Positions 13,646 to 27,735 of a stretch of DNA of 64,000 nt are shown here, one piece after another. The position numbers and the translations under genes are program-made. Source of the DNA: Eledone cirrhosa (taxonomy: Eukaryota); assembly GCA_964016885.1 (NCBI GenBank), contig OZ024748.1:51460001-51524000 (forward strand), in the 5' to 3' direction. The stretch's first letter is position 1. Each line of letters begins with the position of its first letter. The notes beneath the pieces were generated by a model. The model did not search any database. It was not told the DNA's origin and was given only the letters and a program-made list of their open reading frames with translations.

Positions 13646-13943
13646 TATATATATATATATTTTGACATGACAAAAAGCACCCAAACCTCACTGTAAAAAT
13701 GGTCATTTTGGTGCCATGGTAAAAAGGCATCAGGTCTTTGCTGTAAATGTGGTTGCTGTTAGGAATGTCATCCTACCATAGAATGCAAGTGAGAAACAGT
13801 TCTCTATGGGCACAAAATGGACATCTGATCTGACTTGTCTCACAATATGACAACTCATCTGACCCATGCTAACTTGGAAAAATGGACATCAAATAGTGAT
13901 AATGACGAGGATATATTTATATATTTATATATATATACATATC

Positions 13944-14376
13944 TAAGTCTAAAGTTTGTCTTAAGCTAGATGGCTCAGTTGGTCTGTGCTTATCCCGATT
14001 TCATGGTGTGAAGCGACTGAGAGTACAAGACTACCCACTGGACAGGACACCAGTCCATTGCAGGGCTAAACCCCCAGCTATTGCTGGTACTCATTTTCAG
14101 CTGAGTATACTGGAGCAACATGGCCACATGCCTCCACCTATATACAAATATATATCAACAGTCGATCGACTTTCATCAAGTTGGACCGAGTAAACAATGT
14201 TACCATTGGTCTTTCCAATTGTTAATACTATCTATCGGTCACAACTTCAGATAGAAGGAGCAACGTGGAATAAAGTGTCTTGCCCAAGGACATAACGCAT
14301 CTCCCAATCCAGGAATTGAACTCACAACCTCACAATCATGAATCCAATTCTCTTACCACTCAGCCACGCGCCTTCA
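13944..14376 (-). mobile_element. SINE family T2, interrupted by an insertion of about 140 bp
   Basis: Two halves match 3022-3310. ggagcaac occurs at both breakpoints. Confidence 0.75.
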
Positions 14377-14499
14377 TACATATATGAAACAACAGTAAAA
14401 ATACATAAGTAGATCAATTCCTACATTTAATTAACATAATAATAAAAAAAAAAGCATTAGACACCAGAGAAATACCACATCTGGGCTTTGTAACTGCCC

Positions 14500-15130
14500 T
14501 AGAGATTTTAGAAAAAACACATCACCATCAATTTAGATCTAGAATGTACCAGTGGCAAAACACTAAAAACAGTACAAGGTAATGTGGTGAATCATCGAAG
14601 CATAAAAACACTTGCAATAACAACAAATTTATTGAAGAAACTATGAGGGACATTTATAAAAGAAGTACACTCTTAATATCCACAAGGCAAATTATCTGAA
14701 CAAAACAATGAAGTAGCCATCAGCTCTGCCTTAAGGCCAATGCTTACGGTATACTGTTTAGTTACAATAGAGAACAAAGTAGCACCAAAACACAAATATA
14801 TATTATGCACCAGATTTATGGATGATATACTCATTGTAAGGAATATACTGGAAGACATCGAAATTTTAAAGAAGCCTTACAAATTAAAGCACAATATCCA
14901 GAGAAATACAAATATGATTCCATTTCTAGATAGAGATATCTAGATTGAAAAAGGAATCATACACCAGGTGCATAAATAAATGTATATACTTACATAGGGA
15001 CAATGAATATCTACACAGCTACAAAATGTCAATAGTAACATTTCTACTTAGTGGAGATCATTTAGAATCTTTTGCACTAAGTATGCAGTAACTAAAGACC
15101 TCTAGATAATAAAACAAACAATATCTGCTG
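14500..15130 (+). pseudogene. decayed Penelope-like element reverse transcriptase
   Basis: Translation GKLSEQNNEVAISSALRPMLTVYCLVTIENK...RFMDDILIV...IPFLD matches the PLE RT motifs (Q-x-x-G-x-A-M-G-S-P-L, R-[YF]-x-D-D, PFLD). Confidence 0.75.
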
Positions 15131-15353
15131 CTCAAGCTATCATAAAGCCAGAAATAACACCACCTATGTTAATAGATAAAATGAGACAAATAGAAAGAGA
15201 AACAAAGTCCCAAAACATCGACCATTTCTCTCTATATATATATCCCATGTCTACCACCTATAAAAACATCATCCATTATTCTGTCAATTACTGGTCTGTA
15301 GATTTGAAACCCAGGATGAAAGTACTGGTCACTTAAGTAGTGGCCCTTGAGGT

Positions 15354-15440
<87 letters not shown>

Positions 15441-15444
<4 letters not shown>

Positions 15445-15743
15445 ATGGTATAGTGGTTAGAGCATTGGCCTTGCAATCGAAAGGTTGTGAGTTCAATTCT
15501 CAGACCAGGTGATGTGTTGTTTCCTTGAGCAAGACACTTTATTTCACATTGCTCCAGTTTACTCAGCTGTAGAAATGATATGATAGGGACTGCAAAGTGG
15601 TCGTGGAGGTGCCACGGCAAAAAAGCACCCAGCCCACACTGTAAATGAAGTTGGTGTTAGCAAGGGCATCCAGCTAAGCCAGAATCAGTTCCCGTCCCAC
15701 CCTTGCAAGCAGAGAAAAAGCGGACATAAAATGATGATGATGA
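15441..15743 (+). mobile_element. SINE family T1 (hairpin partly deleted)
   Basis: Identity to 46442-46772. Confidence 0.85.
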
Positions 15744-16567
15744 TATATATATATATATATTCCTTCCATATACCGTACTGATTGTGTTGTTATTTCTATT
15801 TACCTTTTACATACAGACACACACACATATATATATATATATATACTTATATATAGAGACATGGCAGCGATAATGAGGGACAGAGACCGCTAGAGAGAAC
15901 TCGTCAATGGATCTCGGGAATTTTGCCCTCCCGAGACATATATAGAGAGAAAGCCAGAGAGACAGAATTAGAAGATGTTGCCATAATTTTGACTAAAAAA
16001 AGATAGTTTGATAATTGTTTCTACTTTTGGCACAAGCCCAGCAATTATTCCAGTGTATTACTGGTACTTTATTTTATCGACCCTGTAAGGATGAAAGGCA
16101 AAGTTAACCTAGGCGGGATTTGAACTCAGAATGGCAAGGGCCGTAACTCTATGCATTAAAGCATGGCGTCCAACCCTCTACCGATACTGCCAATAATAAC
16201 AGGCATATAGACTCATTGAACAGAAAAAGATGGTCATCAGCACACAGGGGAGTTGAATGTGTGTGTGTGTGTGAGGAGAAATGGAAGGATAGATTGATAG
16301 ATATACATATATATATGTGATGGAAGGTAACACAATAATGAAGAGGACTACTGTTTGTAAATGAGTTATAATTTAAAGTCAACTGTTTAGTCCAGCTAAT
16401 AATTTGCACTTTATATATAGAAGGGTAAAGAGTAAAAACCTCTTTGGTCAGGAATGACCAACAGATTTGTACCTAGAAAGTTCCGCTCTGAGGCAGAAGC
16501 CAGGGCAGGGTTGTTTGTTGGAGATTAGCATGTAGTATGGAAGTAAAAATCCCAATGACATCAGGTG

Positions 16568-16629
<62 letters not shown>

Positions 16630-16639
16630 TTATTTGTTT

Positions 16640-16830
16640 ATGTAATGTAGAAATGACTTCTACAAGTCTAGAACTGTTCGATTTAGATGAAATCATCAAG
16701 AATTCCTGATGATTTCTAAGAAGTGAAACAGTTTTAGTCCTGTAGAAATCATTCTCTATTAAATAAAGATGCTTGCACTCTACTAATGTATTGTGTATAT
16801 TTTATAACTGTGGTTACACCCCAATATTAT
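16640..16830 (+). mobile_element. fold-back hammerhead element, family A (older copy)
   Basis: ttc-CTGATGA-tttctaagaagt-GAAA-cag ttttagtc ctg-TA-gaa at 16703-16747, preceded by a diverged inverted copy. Confidence 0.7.
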
Positions 16831-17142
16831 TTGGGAGAGTCGGACGCCATGCTTTGAAGCATAGAGTTACGTCTCTTTATGATCTGAGTTCAAATCCCGC
16901 CGAGGTTAACTTTGCCTTTCATCCTTACGGGGTCGATAAAATAAAGTACCAGTAATGTACTGGGTAATTGCTGGCCTTGTGCCAAAAGTAGAAACAATTA
17001 TTTGGGATATATATGTCTCATCTCACTTAAATGCAATAGAGGATCATGAAAAACTATGCTGTGTATGGACATATTCTTATTCAGATATTAATTTTGCCCT
17101 ACCATAACTCTTCTGGAAATGTTGTGTAAATTCTATTGTTAC

Positions 17143-17173
<31 letters not shown>

Positions 17174-17803
17174 TTCATGTATATATAACATATACAAACA
17201 GTCATAAAAAGTAGATTCAAATTTACATATCTACAAAAGTTTCTACACATACATACACACAAATACATACACACACGCACACATATACTTATGTGTGTGT
17301 GTGTGTATATATATAAATATACATACATTCATTTATTTTTTTACATACCTACAAAAGTTTCTACACATACATACACACAAATACACACACACATGCACAC
17401 ATATACTTATATGTGTGTGTGTTTGTGTAGGTATAAATATACATACATTCATTTATTTTTTTACATATCTACACATACATACACACAAATAGACACACAC
17501 AGGCACACATATACTTATGTTTGTGTATATATAAATATACATACAATCACATACACAGTGAGAGAGAGAGAAGGAAAACAAAAGAAAATGAGTTATCTGA
17601 TGTGTGCTTTTTTTTCTTCTAATTCTCCAACTTTTTTGCAATGGCTTTCTGTAAGACAGTTTTCTTGTTTATGCATTTTTGCCAGCAGGCATGTAGTTAA
17701 TTTCTTTCAAATACTTATATATATATATATATGCTAGCGTGGAAGATGGACGTTAAACGATGATGATGATGATGATGATATATAAATATACATATATATA
17801 TAA

Positions 17804-17845
<42 letters not shown>

Positions 17846-18936
17846 TATATATACAGGCACACCGATATATATATATATAAACACAAATATATAATCCCTC
17901 ATGTGTATGGAAATTATTTCAAACACCTATAGTCTTCATAAATATTAATAATGAAGCAAATTTTCTGGGATTAGTTATGGACATTAATGAAAACTCAATC
18001 TCAAAATATTTCTTGTAAATTCTTGGATATACATCTTTCTACATAGATGCATATATTAGTCAGAAAGACAGACAGACAGACAGAATGAAAGATAGATTCA
18101 GGTTTGAATACAGCAGATTTCTTCCAAAGATTGATAGAAAGTGAGAGAGAAGAATTGATAAAGAAATATAGAGGTAGAATTGACCCCAGTACTAGACTGG
18201 TACTTTGAATGGATAAAAGGCAAACGTGACCTCAATGCTATTTGAACCCAGAGAACAAAGAGCTGGAACCAGTATTGCAAAGCATTCTATCCAAAGTTCT
18301 AATGACTCTGCTAATTCCCCACTTATATTCAATTATAGTTTGTCAATAAAAGTAGAAAAGTGCAGTTAATTCCTTGTGTAGCATATACTTCTTATTTATT
18401 AACCCCTACTGAAAGCAACCTGCCTGAAACCACCATTGGTTCCACAATACATAGCTGTGTATTTGGTGGATTGGCAGTAGAGGGTCGGATGCCATGATTT
18501 GATGTATAGAGTTATGGCCCTTGCCATTCTGAGTTCAAATCCCGCCGAGGTTAACTTTACCATTCATCCTTACGTGGTCGATAAAATAAAGTACCAGTAA
18601 TGTACTGGGTAATTGCTGGCCTTGTGCCAAAAGTAGAAACAATTATTTACCAAGAGAAGTATCAATATTCTCCGGGGCATTACGGCCCTTTATGATCTGA
18701 GTTCAAATCCCGCTGAGGTTGACTTTACCTTTCCTCCTTATGGGGTCGATAAAATAAAGTACCAGTCATGCACTGAGGTCGATTTAATTGACTTCCCCTC
18801 CACCAAAATTGCTGGCCTTGTGCCTATATAGGAAACCAATATTCTCTGAGGCAAACATGTTTTTCTATGACTGTTTTTAGGTCGGCTGAATCAAATATGG
18901 AGATCTAACGTTTGCTGCAGAATTGACTCTGCTTAA

Positions 18937-19150
18937 CTCTTTAGCATATAAACCGGCCATATCCAGCCAGAATTCTCCCACTGCTTCCTGTTCAAACTGG
19001 TCATAACCGACCACTCATACTGATGTTTATTCTCAAAATAAATAATGTCAAAATCTCATAGATTCAATATTATGTGAGATAATTATGTGAGATAAAGCCT
19101 TTTCCTAGAAAATACAATAGTGTATATAGAATAATGTGAATGCTAAAGGA
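18937..19150 (+). mobile_element. piggyBac-type MITE, same family
   Basis: TTAA flanks, TIR ctctttagcat / atgctaaagga, internal identity to the 9101 copy. Confidence 0.85.
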
Positions 19151-19219
19151 TTAAGGCTTCTATAATTTCTCTTAACCTAGCTGCACATGGTTTGCAATGC
19201 AAATTTCTTAACTACATTC

Positions 19220-19480
19220 AATCCAGGGCTTTCTTACTCCTGTTAGAGGAACCCCTCACTGGTTGACCTCCACCACTTCTGTTTGGTTTTTGGTCATGTC
19301 TTTAGGGCTGCAGCCATAAACCCCAGGCTTGGCCAATTGCAGATTTATGCAGCTATTTAACCCAGAGTTGGGGTGAATGGCCGTTAACTCTGAGGAGTTT
19401 ATTTGCTATTTAAAAGCACTTGATTTTTAAGCTGCCGGGGTTCCCCTTACATGTCTTTCAAGACCAGGGTTAGGTGAGGG
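19220..19480 (-). mobile_element. second LINE family (RTE-like), 3' end
   Basis: Shares the terminal ...ggttcctctaacaggagt..aagccctggatt sequence with 26667-27120 and 61560-61757. Confidence 0.6.
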
Positions 19481-20619
19481 AGCTGGTTTACAAAGTTAGA
19501 TACATATACCTACCTGTAAAAAGACACCTATATGAACAGATATGTGTTGTTTATTGAACAGCATGACATACAAATATATATGCCTATAAATTTGGGTTTT
19601 CAAATTTATATAAATTACTTATAGTTCATTGTGTATGAAGGCATTAATTTCAATATGCTCTCATATGTATATAATGAAATACAGTGTTATATCTATCTTT
19701 CTAGTAGTGTATGTAAATGTACGCATATATTTTCAAATATAAATTAATATATATATGTGTGTATAAACTATATATATGTATGTGTCTGTGTATACATATA
19801 TATTTGGAAAACAAGTTAAAATTCAGCTTTTTAAATAACACTCTCGTAATTGCTTTGTCTATACAAATATGCTATATTAATTTATTCCTCAAAGACTTTA
19901 AAGAATTATCTGAGAAAGCAATCAGTCTCACCTGCCAATTTGAATGATAGAAAGGAGTCATTTTGGGGAAATATAATTGTCAGCACTTCTGTAAATCAAA
20001 ATTAATTTGCATATATAGATAGAGAAAAAATCCATATTTAAGTGTACATATCTATGTAAATATATACCCCATATACATATGTATATATGTATAACCATTT
20101 TTCATTTCAGCTATTTACATCTAATGTGTGTGTGTTTTCCACCCGTCTTTCCTTAAATATAATGTGTGAGTGAATGCATACATATATGCATGTATATATA
20201 CACACACATAATATTTATGTTCATTTACATACATGTATACTTAATGTCGAAGCAAACAGAGTCTCCCACAAATATATACATATGTGTATATATATATATA
20301 CATATTTATATTTATATAAATATATATATTTATATATATATACATATATATATTTATATATATATACATATATATATTTATATATAAATATATTTTAGTA
20401 TATGTTATTAATAGCTTACCACAAATTGCGTTACATTTAGAAGCATGATAATTATATGTATGTTTGTATATTTGATTAAATATACAGAACATCCGCATGT
20501 GTGTGTGTGTCTGTTTGAGTGAGTGTGTGTGTGTAATGGAAGCAGCATGGCTAAATAGGTAAGTAGATTGCTTTGCATTCAAAAGGTCTGGAGTTCAATC
20601 CCACTGTGAATCATCTACA

Positions 20620-22340
20620 ATTCATGTCACAGTGATTCTGCCAGAGGATTGAATTATAAATGAGGAGAATGCATGGGAAGAAGAGACTCTACCCCAAGTA
20701 GACCCTATAGAGGGGCCAGCAGTACAAGTCAGCAGCAGCGTAGTAAGTAAGGCAATCAAAGATATGAAGACGGGGGGCAACCGGTCCATCAGTTATAGCT
20801 GCCAAGATGAAGGCATCTGGGTCGGTAGGTTACGCCATAACCACACGAATTGTTAACCAGGTAATACTAGAAGGTGTCATACCAAAGGATTGGTACAGTA
20901 GCATCATTGTCAACTGCTACAAAGGTAAAGGTGATGCACTAGATAGAGGAAACTATAGAGGTATAAAGCTGATGGACCAGGTCATGAAAGTAACAGAAAG
21001 AGTTATAGCACAGTTTATTAGGGACTGGGTGAAACTAGATGAAATGCAATTTGGGTTTGTGCCAGGAAGAGGCACCACTGATGCCCTCTTCCTTGTGCGG
21101 CAGTTACAGGAAAAGTACCTAGCTAAAAGTAAGCCGCTCTACCTGGCTTTCGTCGATCTCGAGAAAGCCTTTGACAGAGTTCCCCGTGCTATAATCTGGT
21201 AGGCTCTTAGAAAACTAGGAGTAGATGAATGGCTTGTGAAAGCTGTATGAGCCATGTATAGGGGAGCAGTCAGCAAAGTTAGGATTAGCAATGAGTATAG
21301 CGAGGAATTTAGTGTACAGGTCGGTTTCCACCAGGGCTCTGTTCTTAGTGTCCACCAGGCTCTGTTCTTAGCCCTCTCCTGTTCATCATAGTCCTGCAGG
21401 CAATAACGGAGGAGTTTAAGACCGGATGCCCATGGGAATTCCTGTATGCAGATGACCTCGCACTTATAGCTGAATCTATGGTAGAACTAGAGAAGAAATT
21501 CCAAACTTGGAAGCAGGGACTAGAAAGAAAGGGTCTCAAAGTCAACCTGACAAAGACTAAGGTCCTTGTAAGTAGACGAGAAAACAGAACCCAGATCCCC
21601 TCAGGGAAATGGCCTTGCTCAATATGTAGGAAAGGTGTAGGTAGGAACTCCATTCTCTGCCCCAAATGCAAACAATGGGTACACAAGAGATGTAGTGGGA
21701 TCTCAGGAAGCTTAACTAAGAATGTAGGCTTCACATGTACCAGCTGTGCTGGGACAGCAAGCAGCAGACAGCCACAGGAAACAAGTACCACCAAATTCTG
21801 GGAGGGCTCTGTAGAAACAGTAGACAGCTTCTGCTACCTAGGCGACCGAATTAGCAGCGGAGGTGGGTGTTCAGAAAGTACAATAACTAGGGTAAGAACA
21901 GGATGGAAGAAGTTCAGGGAGCTACTGCCACTGCTAACTGCAAAAAGCTTTTCCCTCAAAATGAAAGGCAGACTGTATGATGCGTGTATACGAACAGCAA
22001 TGTTACATGGTAGTGAGACCTGGACGCTGTCTGTGGAAGACATGCGTAGATTAGAAAGAAACAAAGCCTGCATGCTCCGATGGATGTGTAATAGTAATAT
22101 ACGTGAACGGCAATGCATAAATGAATTGAGAGAGAGACTGAGCATAAGAAGAATCAAATGCTGTGTGCAGGAGAGGCGTTTGCGTTGGTATGGACATGTG
22201 ATGCGTATGAAGGATGACAGCTGCATAAAAAGGTGCAGAGCACTAGAAGTCAATGGAAACTGTGGAGTGGATAGATCCAAGAAGGTGATAAAAGTTGACC
22301 TTACTCAATTACACCTCTCAAAGGCAATGACATATGACCG
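20620..22340 (+). mobile_element. RTE-clade LINE, 5'-truncated and disrupted ORF2 (RT domain, PHD-type finger, C-terminal region)
   Basis: Translation gives NYRGIKL, QFGFVPGRGTTDA, AFVDLEKAFDRVP, HQGSVLSP, LYADDL, FCYLG and ERRLRWYGHVMRM, all typical of non-LTR/RTE RTs. Stops at about 21200 and 21248 and a 22-bp internal duplication at about 21328-21372. Confidence 0.95.
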
Positions 22341-22394
22341 TGTCCTCTGGCGTCCCCCCACGTTTACAAGCCAAAGCTGATGACCCCACACCCT

Positions 22395-22677
22395 CCCACT
22401 GTAAAGTGGTCGTGGAGGTGCCACGGCAAAAAAGCACCCAGCACTCACTGTAAAGTGAACGTGTAGGCGCCACGGAAAAAAAGCACCCAGCACTCACTGT
22501 AAATGAGGTTGGTGTTAGGAAGGGCATCCAGCTGTAGAAATCAAGCCAGAATCAGTTCCCATATGAGCAAGACAAGGTCAGCCGACCGGACACTGCCCAC
22601 AACAGGACAACCCGTCTAACCCATGCTAGAGTGGAAGAACGGATGTAAAACGGTGATGATGATGATGATGATGATGA
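22395..22677 (+). mobile_element. family R element directly downstream of the long RTE
   Basis: Near-identical to 3755-4028. Confidence 0.8.
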
Positions 22678-22961
22678 AATCTATGGAATATTCAGCCACA
22701 TATATGCTAATTCAGGGAGAATGTAGTTCCATTGACCAAACTACTTGATACTTATCACTGAAACTGTCAGAGATCGGTTTATCACAATAATATATATATA
22801 GTATCATCATCATCATCGTTTAATGTCCATTTTCCATGATAGCATGCATAGGATGGGTTGACCCTTTGGGAGAGAATCAGGTTAGAGGGCCACGTTTTGC
22901 TCACCTGGGGCTGATTTTGGCTAGGTTTCTACAGCTGGATACTGTATGTACATATAAATGC

Positions 22962-23008
<47 letters not shown>

Positions 23009-23057
23009 TATACATACACACACGTATACATACTTATGTACATATGTATATGAATAT

Positions 23058-23103
<46 letters not shown>

Positions 23104-23104
23104 C

Positions 23105-24298
23105 GCTTTCATTGATCTAGAGAAGGCCTTTGTCAGTGTACTTCGATCTATTATCTGGTGAGGGCAATGCAAGCTATGAACAGAGGAGCTGTCAGTAAAG
23201 TAAAAGTAGGAAAAGAGATTATTGGGGAATTCAAGGTACAGGTGGATATTTATTAAGGTTCAGTTCTTGGCCCACTACTGTTCAACTTAGTTCTCCAGGC
23301 CATAGCGGAGGACTTTAAAGCCAGCTACTCATGGGAACTTCTCTATGCAGATAATTTGGTCCTTATAAACTGAAGCCAAAAATAAACTAGAAAATAGAAT
23401 CCGATTATGAAAACTGAATTTGGAATGAAAAGGTCTGAGAGCAAAAACTAAAGTTCTAGTGAGTAAGAAAGAAGATAGGACCCAGATTCCCTCAGGGAAG
23501 TGGCCCTGCATAATATGTAGAAAAGGAGTTGGCATAAACTCCATACAATGGGCACTATGTAAATCTTGGGTACACAAAATATGTAGGAAGAGAGGACTTT
23601 GCATTTAGAAGATGCACATGTGTAATCAAGAGGAAGAGTGCCAATGATATAAACTTTTTCCAGCAACAGAAAGGATCCATAGATGTGGTTGATAGCCTCT
23701 GCTATCTAGATGACTTAATTAGCAGCAGAGGATGGTGAGCCGAGAGTATAATAGCTAGAATAAGGATAGGACAGAAGAAATTTAGAGAACTACTCCCACT
23801 CTTGATAACAAAAGATTTCTCCCTCGAAGGCTGTATAATGCCTGTGTGCAGTACACAATGTTGCATGGTTGTGAAACATGGGCTGTAACTGTAGAGGACA
23901 TGTGTAGACTAGAGAGAAATGAAGCAACCATGCTTCGTTGGATGTGCAATATAAGTGTGAGAGGAAGACAGAGCTTGAATGTGCTGAGGAAGAAGCTTGG
24001 ATTAAGATGAATCTGAGGTTGTGTGCAGGAGAGAAGTCTACATTGGTATGAACATGTAATGTACATGGACAATGATCAATGGGTGAAGAAATGCTGGGAA
24101 GTTCGATTGGAAGGAAGCCACAGTCGAGGTAGACCAAGAAAGATCTGGGCAGAGGTGGTGAGAGCTGATCTCAAAACTTTGAGACTCATAGAAGAGATAA
24201 CGAAGGAATGCAGCATATGAAGAGATGATGTGCTGAGACAAACCCGTCTAACCCATGCAAGCATGGAAAAGTGGACGTAAAAACGACGATGATGATGA
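23105..24298 (+). mobile_element. RTE-clade LINE fragment, more decayed, with 3' tail
   Basis: Homologous to 21150-22340 (DLEKAF, LYADNL, GKWPCIICRKGVG, LRWMCN, GRPRKIW). Ends in cccgtctaacccatgcaagcatggaaaagtggacgtaaaa(GAT)n. Confidence 0.9.
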
Positions 24299-24907
24299 TA
24301 AATATATTTTATAACAAATACATATTTCTGTGCATATGTCCACATGATTTCGTGGCTTCAGCAAATATAAGTGTCATTGAGAGTTAGCATTACTCTCCCA
24401 TTGCAAAAGAAATTCTGCCTTTTAATTATAAGGGATTCACTCCACAGTACCTTCTTTAGATAGAGTTTATGTAATATTAGAGTGGTGATAAAATACACCT
24501 TTGTTAAAAAATCAGTAAGGGTTGTTGTTTTTTTCATCGAAGGTATGCTGGGCTGTTTCAATCATACCTTTGCTTAAGTTAGTGGTTACCATTTTGTAGA
24601 GCAAATATGTTACATTGAATTAAATTAACCACAAGACAAAATATGGCAGTGCTAGTTCCCATTTCATACATTTGTATACATTGGTATATACCTTACCAAA
24701 CATACACTCATGCTTAAACTAGCAGAATACCACCCGGATGGCAGCATTTCTGCTAGTGTGTGTGTGTATGTTGGTGAGGGGGGTATGAAATTTACTCAGA
24801 CAGATATGTAGATATATATAACCTCAAATATATTTAGCTGTTTATCTGCATATGTATCTCTGTACATCATTTGTGTAGTTCACATACCACCCAGAGACAC
24901 ATATATA

Positions 24908-24943
<36 letters not shown>

Positions 24944-25307
24944 AGAGAGAGAGAGAGAGAAGATAAAGAGAGAGAAGATAGAGAGAGACAGAGAGATTGA
25001 AACAAATTATTAATCAATCTACACAGCAGTAAGAAACGCAGGCATCACATGTAATGAAATTCTAAAATATGAAATTAACTTATTTTAAATGATATGCAAT
25101 ATTGGTAAAATTGATTGAGGCTGTCAAAGGAATTGGCAAAAAGATATGACTTCAAATTAACTGCTGTGAACGAAGCTTACTTGATATGTACATGTAGATA
25201 TTAATGGAATGTTGAAATTTTGAAGTTACGTGTCTATGAATATATACATACATACATGCAGTCACACATATCCAATATAATAATACACAGCATGTAAGTA
25301 AAGTATG

Positions 25308-25405
<98 letters not shown>

Positions 25406-26666
25406 CATATATGCATATATATATATTTTTTTTAACATAACTTTTTTATAAAATTTCACTCTCTTTTTTTTCTCCTCTTTCTCACTCTTATGACTTTACT
25501 AACAAATTCCCTCTTCCTGCTCCTCATAGATACTCTGCTGTTTTGCTGAGAGACAAATAGAGAGGTATTATGCATAATTGGACATGAATTTCATAACAAG
25601 AGAGAGAAATAGGGAGTGTGAGAAGGAGCAATAAAAACAGACTATGGTACTCATTGTAATGCGTAATAGCATACAAGAAAGTAACACGGAGAAATAGAGA
25701 CATACATCGAGAGAGAGAGAGAGAGGTGGGGAGAGTGAGATTGCCAGGGAAAAGAGGTAGAGAGAGTAAAGCGGAAAAAACAGTTTATTCATAATTTGAA
25801 CTAGCATTACATTAACTGTGTTTCTCAGACAAATTTGTTTATATAAAAAGAGACAATCGTCATACTTGTTTTATATTAATGTTTCTTCTTTATATATTTA
25901 CATTGAACATAAGCAATATGCTGGCATATCTTAATGTAATATTGGTCCTTAATTTCCTAGCAAAATATATTATGAAGGTTTCCAATGGCCAGTTATCCAT
26001 CCAATTAGGAAATCTCTCCTTTCTCCCAGTCATCCATTGTTTGGGCTTTAAGTGTAATATGTCACAAAATAGTTTACTACCTTGCCTGGGGTATTTATGT
26101 AATATCCAAAGGTGACATAGAGTTGCTCACCAAAGACCACGGGGTATTTCCATATAATCTCAAAAGATCAGTTAAAAGCCAAATCAAAACTGGACAATGC
26201 ACAATGATAAGTAATGGAGATAACACAGACCTAGATTAATTATTAAGCACAATTTTCCCATGTTTAGGGCAAAACAAAGAAAGAGGGCACCATTTTATTC
26301 AAATTAAATGTATTTTGTTATTCCAAAAAGGAAGCTTTTTGCAAATTATATATATATTATAAAATTACATATAGGGGACACAAAATTGTCTTTTAAGTAC
26401 TTAGAGCTTCAAAATGACTTAGTCCAGCCTTGAGGTGGTATGCTCATCACTTCTGAATGACCTCTAAATGATAGCTTTCTGTCAGCCTCTTTCTGTGTGA
26501 GACTGGTTACCCTGCTTTTAACCTTGCCACAATTACTATCCATCTGCTGTTCTGACTCAAATAGACCCAAAGTACCTTATCAAGGCATTTGGTTCTCAAC
26601 CTAAAGAGCTGATCAGAGGGGATTTCCCATCCATGAGCCAAGCTGGTTAATACACACTTCTGCTCC

Positions 26667-27120
26667 AATCCAGGGCCTTCTTAATCTAGTTGAAGGAACC
26701 CCTCCCTGATTTACCTCCATCACTTTCCGTTTGGTTTTGGTCATGTAACTAATGTATCTGTATTCACCATGCTTGGCCAATTGTGTATTGGTGAAAATAT
26801 TTCACTCATAGATGGCATGGATGACTGTTGACTCTAAAGACTTTATTTGCCCATTTACACTTCTTTTAGTATCTTGTAATTCTTCAATAAGGTGTAAACC
26901 TATTTCATATTTGATGGTTTGTGATCCATCATAGAATGATCAAACATGTATCCCAACACAACCCACTTTTGTGGCAGTGACTCAACAGGAAAAGCATACA
27001 GAAGTGGTGAGTGGAGACATCTTTGTTGGACTGAGAATATTATTTGAAAGAGTTCTCGTAGATGGTCAAGTTCTCTGACAACTAAGCAGAAAAGAAGGGA
27101 TTTCTGATTTAGCCACATAG
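26667..27120 (-). mobile_element. second LINE family (RTE-like), decayed 3' region
   Basis: Homologous to 19220-19480. Residual ...PLLYA... coding similarity. Confidence 0.6.
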
Positions 27121-27735
27121 CCAGCAATTAGGGAGGGGAGGAGTCGGAAGTTGCTTCTATCGACCCCAGTTCTTTACTAGTACTTTATTACATTGTCTTT
27201 ACATTTAATGGGTATTTTATGTTATTCACCTCAGAAGGTTTTAAGTCAGAATATAAAGAGCAAAAACAAATATTGCTGAGAATTTCTCCAAAACTCTAAG
27301 GACTCTGCCAATATACAGCAGATTAATAATTGTTTCTGAATTAGGCACAAGACCAGCAATTTGAAGGAAAGGGGAAAGTCTATTAAACCGACCACGGTCG
27401 ATTTATATATATAGACCAGAAATAGCCACCGAAATGGCTTCAGCTCCACCATCAGAGTTAAACTTTTTCCTATATATCTATATCTCTCTATATATACACA
27501 TATATATATATATATATATATGTAAGTATGTATACGTACATACATATATGTATACAGACATACAGTAGTATGTATATATATACATAGATGCACACATATA
27601 TATATGCACGTATCAGTTTACCGAACATTTATTATAATGCTCGGTTTGTTTGTTTGTAAACAAACAAACAGCCCGGACTACGCCGTACAGTGTTTAGGTA
27701 ACCACGTCACCTTTTTGTTCAACATTGACACAGGA

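Noticed and set aside
17200-17560. local tandem duplications of about 90-120 bp (also 28990-29160, 58400-58620, 59950-60180)
   Set aside because: Ordinary slippage duplications among microsatellites with no further structure.
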